Program-made: the position numbers and the translations under genes | The notes under the pieces: model-generated | The model's database searches: none | What the model saw: the letters and a program-made list of their open reading frames with translations, nothing else | Told to the model about the DNA's origin: nothing | Shown here: piece by piece, positions 25,801 to 37,584 of the stretch | Numbering within the stretch: position 1 is the stretch's first letter | Layout: each line of letters begins with the position of its first letter | NCBI RefSeq assembly: GCF_036321535.1 | Contig: NC_087437.1 | Location: forward strand, 27,654,001 to 27,718,000 | Direction of reading: 5' to 3' | DNA length: 64,000 nt | DNA from: Camelus dromedarius | Lineage: Eukaryota

Positions 25801-28800
25801 ATGTGCTGAAAAACAAAACAAGCACAACCATCCTAGAGCCTGTTTCCTGGACCCCAAATAAGGATACTGCTTGAGAGAAATGTTGAAATTTTTCATTGTA
25901 TTCTGTGTGTCAAGTGATTTTCCTCCTGATATGTATCTTTACATTCTGTTTACTGATGTCAGCGACACATTCTCTAATCTTTGCACCCCCTACACACATG
26001 CAGTATGAATATAAGTTTGGGAATGCCTTCAGGGGCAAGAGAAAATATTAAATTATTTAGAAGCATTACAGTGGCTTTTAATCACGTTAGTTAGAGATAT
26101 GATTTAACTTTTCAGGTAGCCTTGGCTGTTTCGTTCTCCACTCCCTTTTCAAATAGTAAAATAAATAAGAGCCAGTAACCCGAGGGCAGGAAATCAGTGT
26201 TGCCCAGGAAGTAATGTGTTCTTTCTAACTAGATCTGCTGTTATTACTTCCTTCGTAGTATGTCTCTTTTGAGTCAACAACCATTCCTCTCACTGGTCCT
26301 TACCTGCCTTAAGGGACAAGATGAACAACGGGAAGGCCTCCTAACATCTCTGCAGAATCAAGTTAATCAGGTAAAGTGCAGGAGAATATTGAGCCAGACA
26401 AGTATTTTTCTAACGGCATCCATTTGTTCTCCTTTCAGATACTGAGATTAAACTCATAAGGGCCCAACAGGTTTTGACTAGATGCAGGAAACATAGTCCA
26501 TATCCTGTCTCCTGCCTGGCATTCTGGTCACCACGAGATGAACAACAGTGTCATATTAATTATGCGTTGGATGAGTGCCTGTAGACTATAGAAGTAACAT
26601 CTGCATACTGCTCATAACTTTGTCGTCTCTGCTGCTCTCCCGACCCTGCCTCCTGGGAGAGGTGCTGGAGCAATCTGTGTTGCAGGAGGCATGGCCATAA
26701 GACAGACAGACCTCTCTCCAGGTCCTCAGCTGAGTTTCCACATAGCAGGCAGGGTCTGAGCTTGAGCTCTGTAGCTTCAGAAACTCAGTTTTACTGCCAG
26801 AGCCAAACGGATGCCGGTCAAGTGCACAAGGCACTCATTTACAAGTCAGAAGTCATTTTGGTTCATTTATAGAGAATCTGAACTTGGCTTTTCCACCAAC
26901 CACAGTTCTCCTAGTCACTCTTTGGGGCACTCATTTTCAATGCACCACAAAGAAACTGAGTGATCAAATTGGAATTAGAAAGTATAGAATGGAGCAAAGT
27001 GGATAGGGTGGTCCTGTGGGGTGTTTAATCCTGCAGTAGAGCCCAATGGAGTGTCCTGTGGGGCTGTGGTTCCATGACACTGTGTCTTCTTGAGTGGTCC
27101 TGGGTGAACACGAACAAGTCACTTGGTCCTCTCGTCATCTCCTACCTTTTGGCGATGTGAGATCTGCTCTCTACACAGCAGCCAGAGGGATCCTTTATAA
27201 GTGTAAACCACGTGTTCTTCCAGTACCCAGAATGCTGCAGTGTTTCTTACTAAAATAGAATAGAAGTTCACTGTCTGGTTGTATAAGGCCCTGCATGATT
27301 TGGCACTGGCTCCCACCTCTGCCTTGTTTCCTGCCAGTCATGGCCTTGCCCACTCCATTCTTTTCAGTGTCCGTGTTGCTGTTCCTTGGACTTGCCAAGC
27401 ACATTCTCGTTACAGACCCTTCCCTGGAAGGCTGTTCCTAGTTATTGGCATGGCCGCCTCCCTCACCTCCACAGGTCTCTCTCCGCTCAGATATCACCTC
27501 CTTAGCCGCTCTCTGCCCTCCACTCCATCACTCTGTAAAAGTCAGACCACAGTCATTATCTAGCCCCCTGCCCTGATTGATACCACATGTTCCAAACTTA
27601 TTTTTATTTGTCTCGCTGCCAGAATTTCAGCTGCATGACACCCTGTGACAGCCTGTGTGTTTTGTTAAACTGCCTTGCACCTTTCACCTGCCTTAGGGAA
27701 GGTCCATCCGTACCTTCTGATGCGATTTGCAAAGTTCTTTCCTTTAACTGTGCAGTGCACTTACAAGTCCATCTATTGGTCTCAGTTACTTCTGCATGTG
27801 ACTCATTTCAGCTCTTTTAAGATGATTCCTATTAGGAGCCATATTTCAAAGCATGGCAGTGTGGGTTTTTTTTTTTTTCCTTATGTCATCTGATTCTGGG
27901 TGTTCCCTTCTTGTGGTTTGCCTTCCTAAGCAAACCTTCCCTTCCCCAACATTAGTCTGACTCAGTGAGGAAGCACTTTCTTAATAAATTGATATGCCTT
28001 TCAACTGATGCCCAAGATGTCACATTTTTCAAAATAGCTTACGTAATCCTTATCAAGAAAGACAAGTCTATAAGGTAACAAGCCTCCCTTCAATGAAATA
28101 TCAAAATAATACATTCGCTAGGATTCACAGCATGTCCCTAGAAATATAAGACAATATAAAATGTAATTTTATCTATCTTTAGCTTCATACTTACCTTTAT
28201 AAGACCAGTGAAATGATAGATTAAAAAATTTTTTTTGCCTTTTTCCATTTTATTAGGTAGAATTATTATAGTCTAACTGCACATATACATTATATTGCAC
28301 AAAAATACATATATATAATACACTGCAAATTTTTTTTTCAGTTTATATGTATGTACTAATCATTGTTTCTAAGAACAGATTAGAACTTTAGCTTTTTAAA
28401 CTTACGTAGTTATCAAAGGAATAAAGTACCTTCATTTTTGTTAATGCTTAACTTGATGGCCCCCTAAAGGATTTTCTAGGACTTAGGATATGTAATTAGA
28501 TAAGATTTTTCTTAACTGGATATGTAATTAGATAACAAAGAAATAACCAGATTTCTATCTGCTTGGAGGAAGGGGAGGAAAGCTCAAATTTTATTTTTCC
28601 CTTGTTTGTTTATCTGTTAAACTAAGAAGTTGTTTTTGACTATCAGTAAAAAGCTCAATTTAACTTTAAATATGAGAGGAATCAAATTTTAACAGGGAAA
28701 ACAAGTTTTGTTTTTTTTTTTCCTCATTTAGATTTTAAGTAACTGGAGAGAAGAACGATACCAGGATGACATAAAAGCTCGGCAGATGATGCACGAGGCA

Positions 28801-31800
28801 CTGCAGCTCCGCCTAAATTTGGTAAGAGACTCTTCTGGCGTTTTCCCTCCATTAAACTTAGCTAAATGTGACAATAACTCCAGCTCTCCACTCCTCTCCT
28901 ACCATGGTCACAGTCCCTGTTACAAGGTGCCTCTCTTCGCTCTCTTTCTACTTCCCTGTCTCTCTAACCTTCCATTTTCCCGGCCTCTGTCCTTCCTGTC
29001 TGGTCTGGCTTCTAGACAGCAGGAGGTATTTTAGGCATTGGGCTGCTTCCTGCACCGCACCCCTAGGGACCTCTCTCATTCTTTTTCATTTGTGCCAAGA
29101 TTAGGTCTTAGAGGACTACTGATTTGAGATGAGTGTAAACTTTCACTATGCTTATTTTAAAACCATATTAAAATGTCCTTTAAGTCAAAATGTTATCAAG
29201 CTTTCCATCAAATTGATCATAAAGACAAATCCTGCAGGGAGGTTTCACAGAAATTTAAGACTCCTTGCCCATTACACATTCCTTGGAATTTTTCTTTTAT
29301 CACTGCACAAACCCAAATAAAAGCTACTCTGGATGATGGCTTGCCTGGTATTTGATATTAATTCCCACACGTGAACCAGCAGACCTGGGGGCAAGCCTCC
29401 TGCTCATCATTACTTCTGTGTTACAGGATATGCCTAAGTGTTACTATGGCAACAGGCTTAGATTCAGTAGTAATTGACAATGCAAAGTTGCAGATAAATC
29501 AGATTTCCTGGTTTTGACCTATTCAGATTTAACTAGACTGAAATGGTACATCATGAAACTGGATATCATGAAAGTTTAGGAACAAAAAAAGAGCTGGTTA
29601 TACTAGCGTATAATTCATACTAATGATGTGTCCACACTCAGGTACCCCTCCCCTCCCCCTTTTTTTGAATGACCAATTCCTGTGCTGATGGTACTAGAAA
29701 GAGTGACAAACTTTTGGCTGCACGAAGTGATGGAGGTAATATTTTCTCTGTAACACTATGCAGATTTTGTCACCGTGTTTTTTATGTGCTAGGTGGGAGG
29801 AATGTTTGACACGGTGCAGAGGAGCACGCAGTGGACAACAGACTGGGCCCTCCTCCTCCTTCAGATCATTACTTCTGGAACTGTTGACATGCACGCTAAC
29901 AAGTATGTTCTTACCACTTCACGTGGACTTTGCTGCATGCGTGCATGGTGGAAGCTTTGATACACTGACTACAAAGTCTTCCACACCTTATTTTCTTGGG
30001 TACCTTAAAAAAAAATCCTGTGCCTTAACTGTCAGGTATAAAATAAGCTACAAGGATGTATTGTACAACATGGGGAGTATAGCCAATATTTTATAATAAC
30101 TATAAACGGAGTATAACCTTTAAAAATTTGTGAATCACTATTTGTGTACCTGTAACATATAATATTGTATGGCAACTATACTTCAATTTAAAAAATACTG
30201 TATTTTAAAATAAATACATTTAAAAAAAAAGAAAACTTAAAAAAAATTCTATACCTTAAATTAAAAAGTTCAATTAGTTAAGAATGTCTTGGTTTTGCTT
30301 TAAGGTGAAAACATTTTCTTTCTCCTCTTAGTGAATTATTCACAACAGTTCTTGACATGCTGGGTGTTTTAATCAATGGAACACTGGCCTCTGACCTATC
30401 AAATGCATCCCCAGGGGGTTCTGAAGAGAACAAACGTGCATACATGAACTTAGTAAAGAAACTAAAAGTAAGTTTGTGGCCTGCCTGTATTATGAGCTCA
30501 TATTATTTGTGGATTTATTATTTAGTGCATGTTATTTTATTACTCCTTAAATTAGATGTTACTTATTGCATTCAACTTAATGTAATGTGACTATTTTTCT
30601 ATTGGCTTTACCTTGGCTTCCCAGTACCCAAAAGTTGTAAGTATATGTAGCTTGAAGATTTTTCATAAAAAATCATACTCATAAAACATTTAATTTTTTA
30701 AGGAACTTCAGAAATCCGGTATCAAGTATGTAACCAAAATGCCAACATTAGATTGAGGAATAATTTGACCTTCGACTGGCAGCATGCAGTTGAAAAATAA
30801 ACATTTGCACTGATATTTCTAAATTCAATTCATTTAACTAGGCACTAACACAATCTTTGAAATAAACTGTAAACAAACAATGCCGGAAAAAAAAAAATCA
30901 GCATGTCCAACAACTTTACTAACAAAATAGCCAGTGGTTACCTTGTGGTCTGACCCTGGATTGGAGGACGTGTTCCAAGCTGCAGCTCCTGCCTTCTGAT
31001 TGCAAATACTACTCTGGATTTTTATCGTTTCAGCACAGCGATGTTTATTGTGTAACGAGGGTGCCTGTATATGTGTTCTATTTTCTACTTAAATAAGAGA
31101 AATGAAACATACTACTCTCAATGAGAGCTGCCCCATAGACCAAATTCAAGGTTAAAGAACATTCCAGCTGTAAAAACGGAAATGTTTCATAGAGGAACTT
31201 CCTTCTTCTTAGCTTTTGCCTTCATTGTCACTTCTGGCCCACTTCTCTCTCTCTCTCTCTTTTTTTTTTTTTTTTTTTTTTTTAGAAAGAGCTGGGAGAC
31301 AAACGATCAGAAAGTATTGACAAAGTTCGACAGTTGCTACCTTTGCCAAAACAGACATGTGATGTCATCACCTGTGAACCTATGGGTTCCTTGATTGACA
31401 CAAAGGGAAACAAAATTGCTGGATTCGACTCTATAGATAAAAAACAGGCAAGAGTAAATGTTTGTTTCTCATGTATATATATAAATATATGAACTTACAA
31501 AAGCAAACTACATTTTCTTGTCTTCCTAGAGGGCATGTAAAACATGTTAATTTTATTGTTTCTTAATTTTTTAAAACATAGTCTTGTCATTTAAATGCAG
31601 TGGTTCTTGACATTATCATACAGACAGGCCAAATCTTTGAAGATCTTCATTTAAAACTGTTCTGAATTTAAGTGAATTTCTGAAGCCCATCAAGGGAAAA
31701 CTAAGTGAAAGCTTAGTGTAAAAAAAAAAAGAAAAAATAGGAAAGGTCAGGTTTGATTTTACTGCAGAATTGGAAACAGAATACCTTTAGTAGATGATAA

Positions 31801-34800
31801 AAATTTTATTGATGATAGTCTTCATGTAGTAAGCTATTTTGAGTCAACAAAATATTTTATAGTGACAACACTTTATTTTCTTACTAATTTAACAATGTTT
31901 AATGAACACTTGTGTATATAAGATATTAGGCAAGTTTCTCTAAAATATGAGAAGAGGGGTCAGTTATTCTTTCCGTGAACATGGAGCAACCATAGATCAC
32001 TGAAATCACAGAGCGGAAAGGGTTCCTACCCTTAGCAGGGAGCGGACAGTTACAGCCTGGTGAGATTTGTATGTCGTGGAACAGAGCGTGCGGGGACCCA
32101 GAGAGGGGGCCCGCACACACAGGTGAGCGGTAGGTAGTCAGAGCGGGTTCCTCAAGAAAACTGACACTTGAATCATTCTGGAGGATTAAGAGTTAGCCAG
32201 GAGGTAGGGCACAGGGTGGCACAGGCACAGGGAAGCGTTTATGCTCTTGGGAGGAAAGTGGTTCTGCAGTAACTGGGGGTGCCCTGAGTGCTGATGCCTG
32301 CACGGCTGTAGAGGGAGGAAAAGCTGGAGTCACGGGTAAGTTGAGTTTGCCGTGCTGGTGGGCTCTCCAGTGGTGACACATCTAGAAGCCATTTGTATAT
32401 GTGCTCTTGGTCTAATGTCAAGGCAGATATTAGGTAACTGAGTGTTGGTGTTGGATGAAGCCACCCGTGGAAGAGGACCTATAGTAGGAGTAGGAACATT
32501 GATGTGGAATGCCTTGAGCAGTTACTTGTGGGGTCACTTTGAAGAAAAATATTTTCAAATTGGTATACCAGGGTAAGTACCAAGGGACAGCACCAATTAA
32601 TGCCAAAAATAAGAAGCTTTTATTTTCAGAAACAGAATAGCGCTTTGTCTTCTAACCTCAGCAGAGATAAGCTTGAATTGAAGGACTTTATTTGTACCTG
32701 TTGGTGCAGGTTAATTCTACAATAATATTACTGAACTGTTTAGAGACTGCCTGATCAAGTACATGAAAGGTGCCTGAATCAAGTCCGCACGTGTTTGAAG
32801 TTAATTTGATCCCAATTAGAGGCTGAATATAACTTGACTCCTAAGTTTTATCTTAAAAGCAATAAATAGATTCCAAAGGTTTATAGTTTACTACAGTAAT
32901 TTTTTAGAAGTATTTAGCAGTATTTTTTTAGAATTAAAAAAAACTGAATAAAAAAAAATGCCACCTACAGAAAAATACGCTGGACTATCTGGTGTTCCAG
33001 CCTGAACAGAGTGTCATGTGGTATAAAGAACCATAAAACCAGACTTAAAGGTCCAGATTCTAGCTGCTGCTCGCAGTGATCCCGTGTCAGCCCAGACTCA
33101 TTAGCAAGCCCGTTTGCCGTGTGCTCGGTTCTCTGAGGCCCCCGCCAGCCAGAATGTCCTCTGGATCCATGTCTTAAGCAAGCCTGGCTTCTGAATCAGG
33201 GAAAGATCGGAGCATGTGGTCATGGCGTGTCATTTTACCACAGGGTCTCCAGGTCTCTACGAAGCAGAAAGTGTCCCCATGGGATTTGTTTGAGGGTCAG
33301 AAGAACCCTGCTCCTCTGTCCTGGGCCTGGTTCGGGACCGTCCGAGTGGACCGAAAGGTGGTCAAGTACGAGGAACAGCATCACCTCCTCCTGTATCACA
33401 CACACCCCATGCCCAAGCCCCGGAGTTACTACCTCGAGCCGCTGCCCCTGCCTCCCGAAGAGGAGGAGGAAGAGCCCACATCTCCCATCTCTCAGGAACC
33501 CGAGAGGAAATCAGCTGAGCTGTCAGATCAGGGAAAAACCACAGCCGATGAAGAGAAGAAAACAAAGGGAAGGAAGCGCAAGACGAAACCCAGCTCGCGA
33601 GCTGATGTGAGTAGGGGAAGCAGAGAGATCTCTGGCATGTTAGCATCTTGTAGAAGGTTTACTAGTTCCTGAATTCTATCCCTAGAAACATTCCCATGAT
33701 TAGTATAAGCCCGTTTGTAACAGTTACCCTGACAAGGCTCAGGGGTAACTGATGGAGTGGCACACAAATGGTGACTTGCCACAGACGACAGAATCCTAGC
33801 TTTTGATTTTTCCTCCTCTACTTTTTATAACTTTGTTTTATTTTAGGCTTTGATTGTGACTAATATTCATTTATCAGTGCCTCACAATTTCTCAGATTTG
33901 AAACTTGAATTTTTTTGGCCTATAACATCTCCTCTTACATATTTTTATTATGAGGCATGTCTAAAATATTTTTTTTTGTATTTTGAACAGTTGATACCTG
34001 TAGTGAATTAACATAAAAACTCTGTTTGCTTTCCTTAGATGAAACTGCATCTAATACATCCAGTAGGATGTTTCTGAGATTTCATAGTTTACCATTCCTC
34101 TTACTCTCCTGTATATTCTGTTTCTTTACCACATATTTTCAGAAATTATATGATATAAAATAAACATAATTTAAAATAGTTTTGTTTTTGTTTTCCTGTT
34201 AGCCTTCCCTACCTAGAGCAACATTTTCTGAAAACAACAGAAATCCATGAGATGGTAATTTAGAAATAATTATATAGAACTAATGTGTAAAATATCTTCC
34301 CAATTAAATTCACCTCAAAAATACTCAAGAGGGAATTTGAGACATTTTTCTATAAAACTCAAGAGTATTCTTGTTATACAGAGGAAAAAATATTCATAAT
34401 TTGGTGTTCAAACATCATGACTAATTATCGTTCACCTATGTCAAAACCAAAACATCTTTTCCTAGCTGGTAGCTTGGTGATTAATATTATTCTAGAAATG
34501 ACGACCATCACTTTTGGGTGCCACTGGAACATCAGTGCCCCCTTCTTGTATAGCCTTCCTGCCATTAGTTCTGTGTCTTGAAAAAGATGCTTGGTAAGAT
34601 CAGACTGCCACTCCCCCACATCTGGGTCTCCTAGCCTGCATGTTCACATGGATGGGTTTCTGTTCTTTTCAGATGCTTTGAAAGACCTAAAACTCCTCTC
34701 ACTCCCCACGTGGGTCCTGGTCCTGTCCCTTTCTCCCACACTTCTCCTGAAGCTGCCTCTTTCCAATGGGCTGTATTACAGAGAACTGAGATTTTATTTT

Positions 34801-37544
34801 TCCTTCATCCTTCAGGACTAGACGAGAGCAGGAGGGACTTGAGTCGGGGAATTGAGGTCTTTGGGGGTGATCCTTAGAGACTTTGCAGCTGCTGTAAGGA
34901 AGAGAAAGCCCTGGGCAAGCGGTGTGGTGAGGGGCGGAGGGGGACTGCACCGAGAGGTGTCTGCTTTAGAGAGCCATCTGGAAAACTGCAACTAAGACCG
35001 GAGACTGGCTTTAAAGAATCGTGGGCCTTTCTGGCATAATTCTTATCCAGGTCCAAGGTATCAGGAAAGCCTTCCAAGATGAAGTGATCAGGGGTCTCAG
35101 CAACCGAAGATGCTTTTGCAGCTGTGGGTGATGGTCAATACGGGTATTCTAAATGTGCTTTTAGTATTTTAAAAACAGGGTTCGGGAAAGATCCCTTTCC
35201 ATCTTCCCCCCACTGTAGCCAAGTAGATTTTAAGTCCAGGAAGCCAAGTAGATTTTAAGTCCAGGTTTTAACTTAACTGAGTGTTTTGCAGAGAATATAT
35301 TGAGACTCTTGCCTTCTGTTTTCCCCTTTGTCGAAATAGCCTTGTCCACTGGGGTAGGGGCTCCCTCAGATAATGTGATCAGAAGAGTTTGCATTAATTA
35401 CATACGTGGTGTGTGGAGTTAAGTCACTTTTTTTTTTTTAACTTCATGTTGAAGGAGTACCCGCAGAGCAGCATATACCGAGTGCCTCCCAATTACTCAC
35501 CTGTCTCCTCCCAGATGGTGCACCACCCACAGTCCGCCTTGTGGGGCTACAGCCTCATGGGGCAGCCCCAGCAGCCCGGCTTTTTCCTTCAGAACCAGTC
35601 TCTTACTCCAGGTATGTGAAGAGAGAGCGAAGTCAGGTGTCTCTGAGATCAGAGATAGCCTGGGGTGCTCTTTGCTATTAAACTGAAACCTCCACAAAAC
35701 TTGCCGATTTCTAGAACTCAGTGCACATTTCTGGAATTCTCGCTGCTCAAGATGCTTTCTTCCTCTTCTAAAATAAGGTTTCAAGTTACGAGTTGAGGTA
35801 CTGACTTTGGAATTTTCACCCGGTGTTGGAAGGAAATTAGCCATTGATGAAAAATCTAAGTTACAAAATATAAAATCACTAGAAGTTTTAGGTTGTGAAA
35901 TTCATGTACACTTTTATCAGATGTAATTCTCATCAGCGCTTTAAAAGATTAGACAATATTGCAGTGTCTTTTATTGTTTCCTCATGTGATGAATTTTGAA
36001 TTGCTTATACCGTGAAGGATCTCAGAAATTTGGTTCAACAAATAGATTTAGATGTCAATAAGAAAAGCAGCCGTATCCACAGTAAATGTTAGTACTGCTT
36101 TGAAATTTTTTTAAAAATCTCTTAATTAGCAGTGAATTTCATTTTTTTCTGAATGAAAGTTTGACTGTTTTTACAAAACAGTTGATTTTCAGATCTCAGT
36201 CTGCATTTTGTTAGGATGTGCCATTCGAACAAATAATACTTTTCCTTACTGTATTGTGTGTTTTACTGTGATTTTTATTATGAGTGTGATGTTTTGAAGC
36301 CTGAAGAACATGTTTGATTCTTGGTTTACAGTAGTGCGGAATCTGTATCTTGTCCTCTAAATGAGCGGTTAAGAGGGCTGGTCTGGGAGTCAGTTCTGTT
36401 CGGGTCTGGCTCTCCCGCTCTCTTGCTGTATCGTCTCCACCAAATCTTACTTTCTCTGTGCCTCAGCTTGAGCATCTGTAAAGCAGATGTGCTAACTTGC
36501 ACCTCATGGTGTGGGTGGTTCCGGTATGCATTCAGTGAAATGTACTGAGCGTCACAATGGACCAGACCCTCGTCTGGTTGTTAGGATATTACAGTAAACA
36601 AAATGGATCAAAATGCCCATTCTCTTCTTAAGGATGAAATAAGGTTTATATTGCACATACATGCATATATATAATTTAAAGTAAATTTTTAAAAATATAG
36701 CATCTAGAAGACAGCCTGACACAGCAGATATATTCATATTCAGTAAATGATCTTAACATGTGCCTACCTCAGGGCTTTAGCACCTGCTGGCCCTGCCTGG
36801 AGTGCTCTTCCTCACAGTATCTACGCTCACTGCCTGCCTCCTTCAGGTTTGAGGAGGCCTGCTTTAAGTTGCAAACCCACCCTTTCCCTGCCTGCTCTGT
36901 TCCCCTCCTCGTCTTTTGAGTTTCTTCGTATCAGCATCAGCACATTTTATAGACTGAGACATTTGACTTACCTCCTGGTTTATTCTGCCTTCTCCAGAAA
37001 GCAAGCTCCATGAGGGCAGGTATTTTTGCTGTTAAGTTCACTCCTCTATGCCCAGAACTTAGAACAGCATCTGGCTTGTGGTGGGCTCTTAAAAATAAGT
37101 TGTTGAAGAAATGAGCATAGACTACCAAGAGCAAACCAGACAGTGGTAAATGTGGAAAATAATGTATGCTCGTCCTCTCTTTTGACTTTCTCGTTAATTC
37201 CCAGGGCCTTGTACATTTTTTTTTATTTTACCATTTTTATACCTTGTAGATATTGAAATCAAACACAAAGAATGTCTATAAATTGAAAGCTAAATATTTT
37301 ACAAAGGCCATATACCCTTTCCCCCATAGAATACTATAAAAGGTGTTTGTAAGTTGAGCAACTTTAGATATTAGATAAGTCTTAGGTATCATGACATGTA
37401 ACCAAAAAATGGAAGAAAACAATTATGAGGATTTTACATGTGTGGATTAATAGATTTTCATAAAATTATGAATGCTGTGGAGTTGAGGAAGAATATGTAC
37501 AGTGTGCTTCCATTATATGTAGTTAAAAATGCAAAACAGTGCCC

Positions 37545-37584
<40 letters not shown>

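Noticed and set aside
33227..33782. Overlapping alternative-frame and antisense ORFs across exon 20 (similar at 38975-39323, 51670-52106, 54500-54822)
   Set aside because: These are shadows of GC-rich, CAG-rich coding exons.
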